Below, one piece after another: positions 8,719-20,388 of a stretch of 64,000 bases of DNA. The translations under genes and the position numbers were made by a program. The DNA comes from Candidatus Omnitrophota bacterium (lineage in GTDB: Bacteria; Omnitrophota; Gorgyraeia; Zapsychrales; Fredricksoniimonadaceae), in assembly GCA_015233165.1 (NCBI GenBank), contig JADFYF010000002.1, positions 14,517 to 78,516 of the forward strand. Direction: 5' to 3'. The notes under the pieces are model-generated. The model was not told the DNA's origin, searched no databases, and saw only the letters and a program-made list of their open reading frames with translations. How positions within the stretch are numbered: position 1 is the stretch's first letter; each line of letters begins with the position of its first letter.

Positions 8719-9728
8719 TCCTTCTGATGATTGTTTTTGTGGGGGTAATGTTTTATTTGGTTAAGATTGTTGTTTTTCAACTAGAACAAAGGGCAGATGA
8801 AGATATTTTAAAATCTAAAGAAACTTTTCAGAATATTATTAATCAAAAGGACAAGGCCTACACAGAGAAGGCTCGATTAGAAAAAGAAGCGACTCAGATT
8901 TTTACACTGTATGAAATGACCAAAAATATTAGCAGTCATTTAAATGAAAAGGAAGCTTTTGAGGTTTTTCATCAGAAGTTAAAAGAAAATATAGTCGTAG
9001 AAGATTGCCAGCTGGTTGTTGATTTGGGGGATGAGGAAAGTCTTAAAGAAAAGATGGCTCCCAATGGTTATGCCATTTTTGTTCTTAGAAGCAAGGAAGA
9101 GAACTTGGGATATCTTCTTTATAAAGGTGTTTCAGGGAAGGATAATGATAAGTTTAATATCTTGGCGCATCAGTTTGCATTAGCCCTTAAACGCATTAAA
9201 CTTTATAAAGATCTGGAGCGTTTATCCGTCACCGATGGTTTAACCAATGTCTATACTCGACGTTATTTCATGGAACGTTTTGAAGAAGAAATAAAACGTG
9301 CGGCAGCTAAGAAAATAAAACTGTCTTTCTTGATGTTAGATGTGGATCATTTTAAGATGGTTAATGATCAGTATGGGCATTTAACAGGAGATTATGTTTT
9401 AAAGGAAGTGGGTTTGATCATCAAAGAAAGCATTCGTGAGATTGATATTGCTGGACGTTTTGGAGGGGAAGAATTCTGTGTGGTTTTACCTGAGACAGAT
9501 GCTGAGGGAGCTTTGCTGGTAGCAGAACGTATTCGTAAGGTGACAGAACAGCGATTAATTAAGGCGTATGACAACTCTATTCATATTACGTTAAGTATTG
9601 GCGTCTCCATGTATCCAGCTGATGGTAAACAAGCGGAAGAGCTTATTGATAAAGCTGATTGGTCCTTATATCGAGCCAAGTCTCAGGGGCGTAACTGTGT
9701 CGTGGCTTTCGGGCAATACAATTCATAA
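8703..9728 (+). CDS. Membrane-anchored GGDEF diguanylate cyclase
   Basis: N-terminal TM, coiled coil, TDGLTN, REID I-site followed by RFGGEEF. Confidence 0.9.
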   Translation: MFSFLILLMIVFVGVMFYLVKIVVFQLEQRADEDILKSKETFQNIINQKDKAYTEKARLEKEATQIFTLYEMTKNISSHLNEKEAFEVFHQKLKENIVVEDCQLVVDLGDEESLKEKMAPNGYAIFVLRSKEENLGYLLYKGVSGKDNDKFNILAHQFALALKRIKLYKDLERLSVTDGLTNVYTRRYFMERFEEEIKRAAAKKIKLSFLMLDVDHFKMVNDQYGHLTGDYVLKEVGLIIKESIREIDIAGRFGGEEFCVVLPETDAEGALLVAERIRKVTEQRLIKAYDNSIHITLSIGVSMYPADGKQAEELIDKADWSLYRAKSQGRNCVVAFGQYNS

Positions 9729-9737
9729 AATAAAGCT

Positions 9738-11330
9738 ATGAAGATATCTACAAAAATCATTTTACTTGTAGCTGCGCTCTTGGGATTTCTTGGAGGGAAT
9801 GCCTATATTTCATGGCAGGAAATTAACAGGATTAATGGTGAGTTTAACGAGGTTGTTAAAGACGATCTAACCTTGATGGAGTCAGCCACAGCCCTGAATG
9901 AATTGCAGTTAAAGAAGGAGGTTCTCTTTGAGAAGCTGGCAAGCTCAGCGGAGGAGTTAGCCTTTGGTAATGCCAATGAAAGCAGAAGACAATATTTATT
10001 AGATTACGTTAAGGATTTGCATGAACAATTTCAAAATAACAGCAGCATGGCCAAGACACAGATTGATCAAGCGTTAAGATTATCTGAGACTTTTAAATCT
10101 TTGACCCCGATGCTTCAGAGTGTGAAACAAGCTGTTGCCTTATATGATCGGAAGGTTGATGCCATCTTTACAGCTGTTTCAGGGGCAGGATATCAACTAT
10201 CCATGGAGGATTTGGATGATATTCAAACTCAGCAAACAGCATTGGCTAAGGATCTTCAGAAGACCTTGAAAGACGTGTGGATGAAGGTGAATGCGTCCAT
10301 TGAAAGAATCAATGAGTTAAGACAAAAAAGTCAGCATGTCTTGTGGGTTAGCTTAACGTTAAGTTTGATTTTTGCCTTACTACTGGCTTCTGCCATTATT
10401 CGACGCATTCATACATCTTTGAATGTTTTAGTTCATGGAGTTCGAGCCTTGCATCAGGGGCAATTGGGTTCACATGTAGCTGTTAAGTCGACAGATGAGA
10501 TTGGTGAGTTAGCCAATGCTTTTAATGGGATGAGTGATCAATTAAAGAAGTACCAACAAGACATGCAGACAAAGAATATTGAGTTAGCAAAGAGTCTTGA
10601 TGTCACAAAAGAACAGAAGAAGGAGCTGGAGAAAATTAATAGGGATTTGGACCGCTTTGTACAATTAATCAGTCATGACATTAATGGACCATTAAGTGGG
10701 GTGATTGGCTATAGTGCGTATTTACAAAAACATAGTGAAGGTTTTGATGAGAAAACGGTCAATACGATTAATCATCTGCGTGAGTCCAGTCAGCGTTTGG
10801 ATCGCATGGTCAAAGATCTTTTGGAAATGACAAAGATTACACGGACACGCAGGCCATTTGAGAAATTAGATATAGGATTAATTGTGCAGGAGGCGGTGGA
10901 CAGGCAGAGCTTCTTGATTGAAAAAACGTCTGCGGTGATTCGTTTTCCTCAAAATTTTCCAGTAGTCATGGCAGATCGTTTGAAATTGACCGTGGTTTTT
11001 TTTAATCTGATAGGCAATGCGATCAAATATTCATCAAAAGATGGAAATAAGCCACAGGTGGATATTTCTTGGGAGACGCGTCCGGAGGATGTTATGTTTT
11101 GTATTAAAGATAATGGTATTGGGATTGCTCGTGAATATTATCAGGCTGTTTTTGATATGTTTAAACGTCTGCCTGAAGCCCAGAGCTTTGAAGGTTCAGG
11201 GGTAGGTTTGGCAATTGTTAAAGAGATTATTCATGAGCATTCAGGTCATATTTGGGTTGAATCTACCCCTGGATGCGGTGCTCAATTCTTTTTTACCATC
11301 CCGCTTGAATCCGCCAGTCGTTTAAGCTAG
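9738..11330 (+). CDS. HAMP-domain sensor histidine kinase
   Basis: Two TMs flanking a helical periplasmic domain, HAMP (DEIGELANAFNGM), H-box ISHDING, NLIGNAIKY, DNGIGI, GSGVGL. Confidence 0.9.
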   Translation: MKISTKIILLVAALLGFLGGNAYISWQEINRINGEFNEVVKDDLTLMESATALNELQLKKEVLFEKLASSAEELAFGNANESRRQYLLDYVKDLHEQFQNNSSMAKTQIDQALRLSETFKSLTPMLQSVKQAVALYDRKVDAIFTAVSGAGYQLSMEDLDDIQTQQTALAKDLQKTLKDVWMKVNASIERINELRQKSQHVLWVSLTLSLIFALLLASAIIRRIHTSLNVLVHGVRALHQGQLGSHVAVKSTDEIGELANAFNGMSDQLKKYQQDMQTKNIELAKSLDVTKEQKKELEKINRDLDRFVQLISHDINGPLSGVIGYSAYLQKHSEGFDEKTVNTINHLRESSQRLDRMVKDLLEMTKITRTRRPFEKLDIGLIVQEAVDRQSFLIEKTSAVIRFPQNFPVVMADRLKLTVVFFNLIGNAIKYSSKDGNKPQVDISWETRPEDVMFCIKDNGIGIAREYYQAVFDMFKRLPEAQSFEGSGVGLAIVKEIIHEHSGHIWVESTPGCGAQFFFTIPLESASRLS

Positions 11331-11414
11331 AATAACCCCAATTTCAATTATTTAAATGCTTCATATTAATAAGGTTTCATGCCTTATTTAATTCAACAAA
11401 GGTTTAAGGTCTTT

Positions 11415-12335
11415 ATGAAGAAGTATGTGGTTGGTGTGGATGTCGGAGGCACCAATATTAAATTAGGTCTGGTTCATCCTCGCGGAGTTGTTATTGCCAG
11501 AAGTCATTTTCCTACAAAGCCTTTTAGCTCTTCTAAAAAGAAATTAATAGGTGTGTTAGCGCATGAAATTGAGAAGATCATCACCTCGCAGGGGTTAAAA
11601 GATAAAGATATCGCCGGAGTTGGGGTGGGAGTTCCAGGGTTGGTGGATTTTGATAAAGGTGTTGTTCGATTTTTGCCTAATATCCCTGGTTGGAAAAATG
11701 TTCCTCTAAAGGCAATTTTAGAGAAAAAATTAAAACTACCTGTCTATGTGGATAATGATGTGAAGTTAATTACCTTGGCTGAGTGGAAATTTGGGGCCGG
11801 GTGTGGGGTTAAAAATTTAATTTGTTTAACTCTAGGAACAGGAGTAGGCAGCGGGTTAATTTTGGATAATCGTCTTTATCGTGGATCTGCCAATGCTGCC
11901 GGAGAATTAGGGCATATGCCTTTAAATGAAAAAGGACCGGCTTGTAATTGTGGTGGGTTTGGTTGTTTTGAAAAGTATGTAGGCAATCAATCCTTGTTTG
12001 CCTTAGCCGATCAAGTCATGAAGAAATCGGATATGACAACTCAGAAGATGTTTGCTTTAGCGAATGCCGGCAATTTGAAAGCGTTGCAGTTCTGGCGTGA
12101 GGCGGCAACCCATATGGGTAATGGGTTGGTAGGGGTTGTGAATTTATTAAATCCTCAGTTGATTGTTATTGGAGGAGGAGTTTCTAACAATGAGAAATAT
12201 CTTTTTCCAACAATCAAAGAGGTCATTAAGAAAAGATCTATGAGTCTTCAAGGTTCAATGGTTAAAATCAAAAGAGCAAAATTTGGTGATGATGCGGGTA
12301 TTATCGGAGCTCAGGTCTTAGTTGATAATGCATAA
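11415..12335 (+). CDS. ROK family sugar kinase (glucokinase-like)
   Basis: GVDVGGTNIK, DNDV, TLGTGVGSG, GELGHM...CNCGGFGCFE. ATG 11415 preferred over 11379. Confidence 0.9.
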   Translation: MKKYVVGVDVGGTNIKLGLVHPRGVVIARSHFPTKPFSSSKKKLIGVLAHEIEKIITSQGLKDKDIAGVGVGVPGLVDFDKGVVRFLPNIPGWKNVPLKAILEKKLKLPVYVDNDVKLITLAEWKFGAGCGVKNLICLTLGTGVGSGLILDNRLYRGSANAAGELGHMPLNEKGPACNCGGFGCFEKYVGNQSLFALADQVMKKSDMTTQKMFALANAGNLKALQFWREAATHMGNGLVGVVNLLNPQLIVIGGGVSNNEKYLFPTIKEVIKKRSMSLQGSMVKIKRAKFGDDAGIIGAQVLVDNA

Positions 12336-14550
12336 AAAATATAAAATTATTTCGAGTTGTTTCTTTTATCTTCTGTTTCTGGGGGGACTTCTGATCCTTC
12401 CCTATCCTGCCCAGGCTACATCTAATCCTTACAATGAAACCGGTTTTGATATCAAGCATACTAAAATGTTTAATGTCAAACCAGATAAGGTTAATTCGGT
12501 TCAATTAGAAGCAGATCAAGTTCAGTTCTCTAAAGATAACGCTAAGGCGATTGCCAGTGGGAATGTCGTTGTTACAGCTGATAAATCCATCCTGTATGCG
12601 GATAAGATTGAATTAGAGAAGGCCATTGGCGAAGGAGTTGCTAACGGGCATGTGTATATTGATTCCAACCAAATGCAGATTGATGCAGATAGCGTAAAAT
12701 ATAATTTTAGTAAGGGGACAGGGGTATTTAAGAATGCCCGCGTATTTAATAGCCCCTTTCAAATAAAAGGAGAACAAATCAATAAGGTCTCTGAGGATCA
12801 CATGATTATGGAACATGGATTCTTAACTACATGTGATTTTGATGAACCCCATTATCGGATGTCGATTCGTCAGCTGGATATTTATCAGGGCGATAAGGCG
12901 ATCGCCAGAGGTGTCACACTATTCCTAGGCAAAATGCCTATCATGCATGTGTCTAAGTATGTTCAGAATTTAAAAGATCGTCCTATTTTTGTTGTGACTC
13001 CCGGATACAAGAAAGACTTTGGAGCCTTTTTATTAACGGAATTACGTTTGCAGCTTTCAGATCAAGTTAAACTTATTGTTCATGGGGATCTTCGTGAAAG
13101 AACAGGTATTGGAGAAGGGGTAGATGTAAAGTATACCACCCCTGATTTTGGTGCGGGTGTTTTAAGGACCTACTATGCTAATGAAAATGCGATTGCTTCT
13201 AAACATTTGTGGGATATGCGCGACAGTACCGGAATGAAAAAAGGTCCGACAATCACACATGAACTTTACAAGATTGAATGGCGACACAAGTGGCAGATTG
13301 ATAGAAATACAAGCGCTGTCTGGCAATATTATAAAGTCCACGATTGGGATTTAGCGAATATGGGCTTTATTAAAAGATATTTTCAACGTGATTTTCGTCG
13401 TGGACCTGATGTTAATACATATTTCTTATTTACCAGAAGCTTACCGAGTGGCGTTATTTCTTACCGTATTGATGCCAGTCGTGTCAATCCTGCGCTTCAA
13501 AGCATCGATCGTTTTCCTGAAATTCGCTATGATTTAAGTGGTCAAAAGCTGGGGAGTACCAATTTCTATTTAAAGACGACCGATATGTTTTCTAATTTTC
13601 AGAATTCTCAGCCGGATAACCATATGAAAACGATGCGCGTGGATACGAATAATGAAATTTCATATCCCATTAGGATTGGATTTGTGGAAACAAGGCCTTT
13701 TGTTGGAGGGGAACACACCTATTATAGTCGGACTAATAATGTGAATGAACGTTCTGTTGTTAGGGGTCAATTCAAAACAGGTATTGATTTAACGACCCAT
13801 TTTTATCGTATCTGGAATTATCATTCCAAGTTGTTTGGCGTTGAAAATAATGGTTTACGACATGTCGTCACGCCCTCAGTGAGTTATCTTTACGCCCATC
13901 GTCCTACGATTAATGCGAGTCATTTTAATCAATTTGACAGCATCGATGCTTTAGCCCAAGCTCATAGTGTCCATCTATCTTTAGAGAATAAGTTACAAAC
14001 CAAACGTAATAATCAATCGGTGGATCTCATCCGTTGGATTCTAGAGACAGACTATAGTTTACTGGGGAGTGAACCAGGGAGGAGTTTCGGGCCATATCTT
14101 TCCACACTTGAGTTTAACCCTATTGATTGGTTAACTTTTAGAACAGAAGAAAGTTACAATCATCAAGAGGAGTATTGGAATTACATCAATTTTGATGCGT
14201 ATATTCATAAAAGTGATAAGTGGAGCTTTGGAATTGGCAAACGTTTTGCTCACCACGTGGATGATCAGTTTACGACGGACTTAATGTATAAGATTAATCC
14301 TAAATGGAAATTTAAGATCTATGATCGATTCCTTGTTAGTAATGGAACGATCAAGGAAGAAGAATACATTTTGACCCGGGATCTTCATGAATGGGAGATG
14401 GATTTGGATTACCATCAAGAACGAGGCAATGGGATAGCATTCTTGGTTGCTTTTAGACTCAAAGCTTTTCCTAATATGATTTCCGGCCTTTTCTCAAATA
14501 GTTTCCATCAACCCAAAGCTGGTTCGCAGAGCACTTTACCAACAAATTAA
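12328..14550 (+). CDS. lptD: LPS assembly outer-membrane protein LptD
   Basis: Signal-like N-terminus, OstA beta-jellyroll (ASGNVVV...LYADKI, FLTTCD...PHY), long aromatic-rich beta-barrel C-terminal region. Confidence 0.75.
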   Translation: MHKKYKIISSCFFYLLFLGGLLILPYPAQATSNPYNETGFDIKHTKMFNVKPDKVNSVQLEADQVQFSKDNAKAIASGNVVVTADKSILYADKIELEKAIGEGVANGHVYIDSNQMQIDADSVKYNFSKGTGVFKNARVFNSPFQIKGEQINKVSEDHMIMEHGFLTTCDFDEPHYRMSIRQLDIYQGDKAIARGVTLFLGKMPIMHVSKYVQNLKDRPIFVVTPGYKKDFGAFLLTELRLQLSDQVKLIVHGDLRERTGIGEGVDVKYTTPDFGAGVLRTYYANENAIASKHLWDMRDSTGMKKGPTITHELYKIEWRHKWQIDRNTSAVWQYYKVHDWDLANMGFIKRYFQRDFRRGPDVNTYFLFTRSLPSGVISYRIDASRVNPALQSIDRFPEIRYDLSGQKLGSTNFYLKTTDMFSNFQNSQPDNHMKTMRVDTNNEISYPIRIGFVETRPFVGGEHTYYSRTNNVNERSVVRGQFKTGIDLTTHFYRIWNYHSKLFGVENNGLRHVVTPSVSYLYAHRPTINASHFNQFDSIDALAQAHSVHLSLENKLQTKRNNQSVDLIRWILETDYSLLGSEPGRSFGPYLSTLEFNPIDWLTFRTEESYNHQEEYWNYINFDAYIHKSDKWSFGIGKRFAHHVDDQFTTDLMYKINPKWKFKIYDRFLVSNGTIKEEEYILTRDLHEWEMDLDYHQERGNGIAFLVAFRLKAFPNMISGLFSNSFHQPKAGSQSTLPTN

Positions 14551-14562
14551 TCAGGGGTAGGT

Positions 14563-15885
14563 ATGAATATCGCCATTGTAGGATCAGGTTATGTAGGATT
14601 AGTGACGGGGGTTTGTCTTTCCCATATTGGTCACCATGTCATTTGTGTTGATAATAATCCGGATAAAATTAAGAGTTTAAGAAAAGGGGAAATCCCTATT
14701 TATGAGCCAGGCTTGGAAGAGTTGATGCATGCCTGCATGAAAAAGAAAAGACTTACCTTCACGACATCCATCAAAGACGCTTGTCAGAAATCGTTGGTTA
14801 TTTTTCTGGCCCTCCCGACTCCGCCACGAGCTAATGGAGATGCGGATTTAACCTATATTGAGAATGTTTCTAGGGAAATTGCTCTTCATATGGATTCGTA
14901 TAAATTGATCGTCGAGAAATCTACTGTTCCTGCTCAAACAGGTAAGAAAATTATTCGTACGATTCAGTTAAATTTGCCTAAGAAGTTTAAGAAGGGAAAT
15001 AAGATTCTATTAGATTTTGATGTGGCCTCTAACCCTGAGTTTCTCAAAGAAGGATCGGCTGTTTCTGATTTTATGAATCCTGATCGGGTTGTTTTTGGTG
15101 TTGAAAGCAAGAAGGCAGAGAAAATATTGCGCGAAATATACCAGCCTCTGAAAGCCAAGATTTTAGTGACGAATACAGCGTCGTCGGAGATGATCAAACA
15201 CGCGTCCAATTCATTTTTAGCCACCAAGATTTCTTTTATTAATGCCGTCGCCCAAATGTGTGATATGGTCGGAGCAGACGTATTAAAAGTTGCTGAAGGA
15301 ATGGGTTTGGATAAACGTATCGGACGTCAGTTCCTTGATGCCGGCATAGGATATGGAGGTAGCTGTTTTCCAAAGGACGTGGACTCTTTTATTCGTTTAA
15401 GCGAAAAAAGTGGTTACGATTTTAGTTTATTAAAAGAGGTTCGTCGTATCAATGAGAAACAGTTGGATAGTTTTCTTCATTTGGTGGAAGAGAAGTTGTG
15501 GAATTTGAAGGACAAAACGATCGGTGTGTGGGGACTTGCTTTTAAACCAAATACCGATGATATGCGAAATGCCGCCTCATTGGAAATTATTGCTAAGTTA
15601 AAGGCAGATGGCGCCAAGGTTAAAGCGTATGATCCTAAATCCATGGCGAATGCTGCGTCTATGCTTAAAGGTGTGACCCTATGTGATGATCCCTACAGCG
15701 CTGCGGAAGATACAGATGCGTTATTGATTGTGACGGAATGGCCGGAATTCAAGGATGTTAATTTTATTCAGGTCAGAGATTCGATGCGTCAGGCGGTAAT
15801 TTTTGATGGTAGAAACATGTTAGATGCCGATCAGCTTAAGAAATTGGGTTTTGATTATTTTGGGATAGGAAGAGGTCGGCTGTAG
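14563..15885 (+). CDS. ugd: UDP-glucose 6-dehydrogenase
   Basis: GSGYVG, EKSTVP, SNPEFLKEG, GYGGSCFPKD, GLAFKPNTDDMR. Confidence 0.92.
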   Translation: MNIAIVGSGYVGLVTGVCLSHIGHHVICVDNNPDKIKSLRKGEIPIYEPGLEELMHACMKKKRLTFTTSIKDACQKSLVIFLALPTPPRANGDADLTYIENVSREIALHMDSYKLIVEKSTVPAQTGKKIIRTIQLNLPKKFKKGNKILLDFDVASNPEFLKEGSAVSDFMNPDRVVFGVESKKAEKILREIYQPLKAKILVTNTASSEMIKHASNSFLATKISFINAVAQMCDMVGADVLKVAEGMGLDKRIGRQFLDAGIGYGGSCFPKDVDSFIRLSEKSGYDFSLLKEVRRINEKQLDSFLHLVEEKLWNLKDKTIGVWGLAFKPNTDDMRNAASLEIIAKLKADGAKVKAYDPKSMANAASMLKGVTLCDDPYSAAEDTDALLIVTEWPEFKDVNFIQVRDSMRQAVIFDGRNMLDADQLKKLGFDYFGIGRGRL

Positions 15886-17180
15886 TGAGAATTTTCAATA
15901 CTCTTAAAACAAGAATCGCTTCGAAACAGGCCAAGATTGCTGTGATAGGTTTAGGTTATGTAGGGTTGCCCTTAGCAATTAGTTTTGCCCAAAAGGGATT
16001 TAAAGTTTTTGGGATTGATACCAACCCTAAGCATATTGAGCGTCTGAATCAAGGGGAAAGTTATATTACAGATGTGAGGGGGAAGGATTTTAGTAAGTTT
16101 ATTCAATCGGAAAGCTTTGTTGTTTCGACGGAGTTTGGAATATTACATGAGGCAGATGCAGTTATTATTTGTGTGCCTACCCCTATTAAACGCAAATACA
16201 CGCCAGATGTCTCCTATATGCTTTCCGCCATCCGCAGTGTGGCGAAACATCTTCATCAAGGAATGCTGATTGTTTTAGAAAGTACCACCTATCCTGGAAC
16301 GACGGAAGAATTGATCCAACCGGAATTAGAGAAAAGTGGTCTTAAGGTGGGGCGTGATTTTCATCTGGCTTTTTCTCCGGAGAGAATTGATCCTGGTAAT
16401 AAGAATTTTGATGTGACCCAGATCCCTAAGGTTGTGGGAGGGATCACGGCAGGTTGTACAGAACTAACGACCTTGCTTTATGGGCAGGTGATTAAACATG
16501 TTCACCCCGTTTCTTCGGCCAAGGCCGCTGAGATGACCAAGTTATTAGAGAATTCTTTTCGGATCGTCAATATCGGATGGATTAATGAGATTGCGCAGAC
16601 CTGTCACAAGATGGGCATTGATGTTTGGGAAGTGATTGAGGCTGCTAAAACCAAACCTTTTGGGTTTATGCCGTTTTATCCCGGCTTAGGTGTGGGCGGA
16701 CACTGTATTCCTGAAGATCCTTTATATTTGTATTGGAAAGCCAAGCGGTATGGTGTTAATTCTAAATTTATCAAATTGGCCGCCGATACCAATGCCCATA
16801 TGCCGAATTATGTCATTCATCGCATCGAAGCGTCCTTGTCTAAGCCTCTTTCGAAATGCAAGATATTGGTTGTGGGTGTGACGTATAAGAAGGATGTGAA
16901 AGATTTGCGAAAGTCTCCGTCGATAAGACTGGTGGAGCTTCTTAAACATCAATCCCAGGTGGATTACTATGATCCCCTGGTTCCTTTTTTAAAAGTAGGG
17001 GGGATTGATTTAAATTCAGTTGCTCTTGATAGTAAAAGTGTTAAAAGTTATGACTGTGTTGTGATGGCGGTGGATCATACGGCCGTTAATTATGATTTAA
17101 TTCGAAAGAATGCGCGTCGTATTTTTGATGTCAGAAATATTTATAAAAACTTCAAAGATTCAAAAATAGAAAGGTTATAA
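15885..17180 (+). CDS. Nucleotide-sugar dehydrogenase (UDP-GlcNAc 6-dehydrogenase WbpA/WecC-like)
   Basis: GLGYVGLP, LESTTYPGTT, FSPERIDPGN, GGHCIP; GTG start overlaps upstream TAG. Confidence 0.9.
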   Translation: MRIFNTLKTRIASKQAKIAVIGLGYVGLPLAISFAQKGFKVFGIDTNPKHIERLNQGESYITDVRGKDFSKFIQSESFVVSTEFGILHEADAVIICVPTPIKRKYTPDVSYMLSAIRSVAKHLHQGMLIVLESTTYPGTTEELIQPELEKSGLKVGRDFHLAFSPERIDPGNKNFDVTQIPKVVGGITAGCTELTTLLYGQVIKHVHPVSSAKAAEMTKLLENSFRIVNIGWINEIAQTCHKMGIDVWEVIEAAKTKPFGFMPFYPGLGVGGHCIPEDPLYLYWKAKRYGVNSKFIKLAADTNAHMPNYVIHRIEASLSKPLSKCKILVVGVTYKKDVKDLRKSPSIRLVELLKHQSQVDYYDPLVPFLKVGGIDLNSVALDSKSVKSYDCVVMAVDHTAVNYDLIRKNARRIFDVRNIYKNFKDSKIERL

Positions 17181-18122
17181 ATGGCTACACAGAAAACTGT
17201 ATTGGTGACGGGCGGTGCTGGTTTTATCGGAAGTCACCTTTGCGATTGGTTTATGACGCGTGGGTATAAGGTGATTGCGCTGGACAATTTAATCACAGGT
17301 TCCAAAAGCAATATTGCTCACCTGATGAAGAATAAGAATTTTGAATTTATTAAACATGATCTTTCCAAGCCTATCCGTATTCCGGGGAAAATTGATTATG
17401 TGTTAAACTTTGCCTCACCGGCTTCTCCGATTGATTATTTGAATCTCTCCATCCAAACAATGAAGGTCGGAGCCTTAGGGACGCACAATGCGTTAGGGAT
17501 CGCGAAAGCCAAGAAAGCTGTCTTTCTTCAGGCTTCTACGTCGGAAGTCTATGGGGATCCTCTGGTCCATCCTCAAACAGAAGATTACTGGGGGAATGTG
17601 AATCCCATCGGTCCTCGGGGCGTTTATGACGAGGCCAAACGTTTTGCGGAGGCATTGACCCTAGCCTATAAGAAGGTTCATAAGATGGATGTGAAGATTG
17701 TCAGAATCTTTAATACCTATGGACCTCGGATGCGTCTGAAGGATGGCCGTGTGGTTCCAAATTTTATTGATCAGATCCTTCATGATAAGCCGTTGACGAT
17801 TTACGGTAATGGTAAGCAAACCCGATCTTTCTGTTATGTGGATGATTTAGTCGATGGGATTACCAAACTCTTATTGTCTAAAGAAACAGGTCCTGTTAAT
17901 ATTGGCAATCCTCGTGAATTTACCATTCGTGAATTTGCGGATTTGGTGATGAAAACACACGGGGGTAAGGTGAAGTTGGCGTATGAGCCTTTGCCGACGG
18001 ATGATCCCAAGCAACGCAAGCCCAATATTGCTTTGGCCCGTAAAACATTGGGTTGGGAACCTAAGATTCCTTTAGAACAAGGAATTCAATTAACGATGGA
18101 CTGGTTCGCTAAGAACAGTTGA
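17181..18122 (+). CDS. UDP-glucuronate decarboxylase (UXS-like SDR)
   Basis: [51 protein letters not shown]. Confidence 0.9.
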   Translation: MATQKTVLVTGGAGFIGSHLCDWFMTRGYKVIALDNLITGSKSNIAHLMKNKNFEFIKHDLSKPIRIPGKIDYVLNFASPASPIDYLNLSIQTMKVGALGTHNALGIAKAKKAVFLQASTSEVYGDPLVHPQTEDYWGNVNPIGPRGVYDEAKRFAEALTLAYKKVHKMDVKIVRIFNTYGPRMRLKDGRVVPNFIDQILHDKPLTIYGNGKQTRSFCYVDDLVDGITKLLLSKETGPVNIGNPREFTIREFADLVMKTHGGKVKLAYEPLPTDDPKQRKPNIALARKTLGWEPKIPLEQGIQLTMDWFAKNS

Positions 18123-19948
18123 TTAATCCAAAATCGATCTATATCCTGGGGTTATCCGCATTTTATCATGATAGCGCTGCTTGTCTGATCAAAGACGGTT
18201 GTATTGTTGCTGCAGCTCAAGAAGAACGTTTTACCCGCAAAAAACATGATGATTCTTTTCCTACCCAAGCAGTAGCGTATTGTTTAACGTATGCAGGAAT
18301 AACAATAACAGATATTACCTATGTCGCTTTTTATGAAAAGCCTTTCATTAAATTTGAGAGATTGTTATTAACGTATTTATCTTATGCCCCTGAAGGGGTT
18401 TTGTCATTTCTTAAGGCCATGCCTGTTTGGCTTAAGGAAAAGATTTTTATGAAGTCCTTGATTCAAGCGAAGCTTGGGTATTCGGGAGATATTATATTTC
18501 CCGAACATCATGAATCTCATGCTGCCTCTGCTTTCTTCCCATCACCTTTTAAAGAGGCTGCGATTATCACTTTTGATGGAGTAGGGGAGTGGACTACGAC
18601 GAGTTGGGGATGGGGGAAGGATAATCATATTGAATTGGCCCATGAGATTCAATTTCCTCATTCGTTAGGACTACTTTATTCAGCATTTACTTATTACCTT
18701 GGGTTTCGTGTTAATTCGGGTGAGTATAAATTGATGGGATTAGCTCCGTATGGGCAGCCAAGGTATACAGATATTATTCGTCGGGAATTAGTGGATATTA
18801 AAGAAGACGGTTCCTTTCGACTGAATATGGAGTACTTTAATTATCCTGTTGGTTTGACGATGACGAAGGAGCGTTTTCACCAATTATTTGATATGTCTCC
18901 TCGAGAACCAGAGGGTGAGTTAACACAGAAGCATATGGATATCGCTGCGTCCATTCAGCAGGTGACCGAGGAGATTATGCTTAAGACAGTCCATCATGTG
19001 TATAAGGAAACAGGATTGGATCATTTATGTTTGGCTGGCGGAGTTGCTTTGAATTGTGTGGGCAATGGCAAGATTTTAGAACAAACACCTTTTAAGAATA
19101 TTTGGATACAACCTGCGGCAGGAGATTCCGGTGGCGCCTTGGGGGCAGCTTTTTTTGTCTGGCATCAGTGTTTAAAACAGGCGCGTCAGACGGATGGCAT
19201 CAATGATGTCCAGCAAGGATCATTGTTAGGTCCGGATGTTAAAGAAGGTGTTAAAGAATTGGCAGATAGTCAAGGTTGGATTTATGAGTATTTATCCGAT
19301 GATGTTTTGCCCGGTCGTATTGCGGATTTGGTTGAGCAGCAGAACGTGATAGGGCTTTGTCAGGGGCGTATGGAGTTTGGCCCCAGAGCCTTGGGCTCCA
19401 GAAGTATTATTGGGGATGCCCGCTCAGAGACAATGCAGTCGATCTTAAATCTGAAAGTTAAATTCCGTGAGTCCTTTCGTCCTTTTGCTCCAGCGGTGTT
19501 GCGTGAACGTGTCAGTGAGTATTTTGATATGGATTGTGATAGTCCGTATATGCTTTTAGTAGCTCCAGTGCGTAAGGAAAAACGTTTGGATGATCACGCA
19601 GGGGATACTTTGTTTGGAATTGAAAGACTAAGATTCAAACGGTCTTTGATTCCAGCGGTCACCCACGTCGATTATTCCGCGCGTGTTCAGACAGTGGATG
19701 AAAAGCGTAATCCTGTGTTTTATCGGATTATCAAAGAGTTTGATCGAAGGACAGGCTGCGGTGTTGTGATCAATACCTCTTTTAATATCCGGGGCGAACC
19801 TATTGTGTGTACAGCCGCAGATGCGTATCGTTGTTTTATGTGTACGGATATGGATTACCTGTTGGTAGGACAGTATCTTTTTGAACGTCTTAAGCAACCG
19901 AATCAAGGGAAATATCGTAAGGAAGATATTACAACACTTCTGGATTAA
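18119..19948 (+). CDS. O-carbamoyltransferase (NodU/CmcH/SxtI family)
   Basis: [54 protein letters not shown]. Confidence 0.92.
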   Translation: MINPKSIYILGLSAFYHDSAACLIKDGCIVAAAQEERFTRKKHDDSFPTQAVAYCLTYAGITITDITYVAFYEKPFIKFERLLLTYLSYAPEGVLSFLKAMPVWLKEKIFMKSLIQAKLGYSGDIIFPEHHESHAASAFFPSPFKEAAIITFDGVGEWTTTSWGWGKDNHIELAHEIQFPHSLGLLYSAFTYYLGFRVNSGEYKLMGLAPYGQPRYTDIIRRELVDIKEDGSFRLNMEYFNYPVGLTMTKERFHQLFDMSPREPEGELTQKHMDIAASIQQVTEEIMLKTVHHVYKETGLDHLCLAGGVALNCVGNGKILEQTPFKNIWIQPAAGDSGGALGAAFFVWHQCLKQARQTDGINDVQQGSLLGPDVKEGVKELADSQGWIYEYLSDDVLPGRIADLVEQQNVIGLCQGRMEFGPRALGSRSIIGDARSETMQSILNLKVKFRESFRPFAPAVLRERVSEYFDMDCDSPYMLLVAPVRKEKRLDDHAGDTLFGIERLRFKRSLIPAVTHVDYSARVQTVDEKRNPVFYRIIKEFDRRTGCGVVINTSFNIRGEPIVCTAADAYRCFMCTDMDYLLVGQYLFERLKQPNQGKYRKEDITTLLD

Positions 19949-20343
19949 TGATGGATCAACAACAGCAAAAACAACTAAAAGTGTTTGGCTATGGGATGCC
20001 TTTAATCTTGGCGTTCCTTGGAGCGCGGCATGGTTTTAAACATCAGTGGGATGTGTTGAGTTTTATTTTATTCATGGTTGCCATTATTCTTCTTGGGATA
20101 ACTTTAGGAAATAGATCGTTACTTGAGGTGGTATTTAAACATTGGATGAAGATGGTTCATGCCATCGGAGCTCTGGTGACGGGGATTCTTCTTATTGGTC
20201 TATATTATTTTCTTTTTACACCAGTTGCTTTTATATTAAAGTTAATGGGAAAAGATTTTATGAAGAAGAATTGGCAAGATAAGAAAGATTCCTACTGGAT
20301 GGTCAGAAGCCCTTCATCTGACGCATATACACGGCAATTCTGA
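19948..20343 (+). CDS. SxtJ family membrane protein
   Basis: 131 aa hydrophobic protein with YYFLFTPV...MGKD...KDSYW...RQF C-terminus, coupled to the carbamoyltransferase. Confidence 0.8.
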   Translation: MMDQQQQKQLKVFGYGMPLILAFLGARHGFKHQWDVLSFILFMVAIILLGITLGNRSLLEVVFKHWMKMVHAIGALVTGILLIGLYYFLFTPVAFILKLMGKDFMKKNWQDKKDSYWMVRSPSSDAYTRQF

Positions 20344-20388
20344 AAATGAAGAATCTTTGAATATAAAGAAAACTGGAGAATAAGAATT

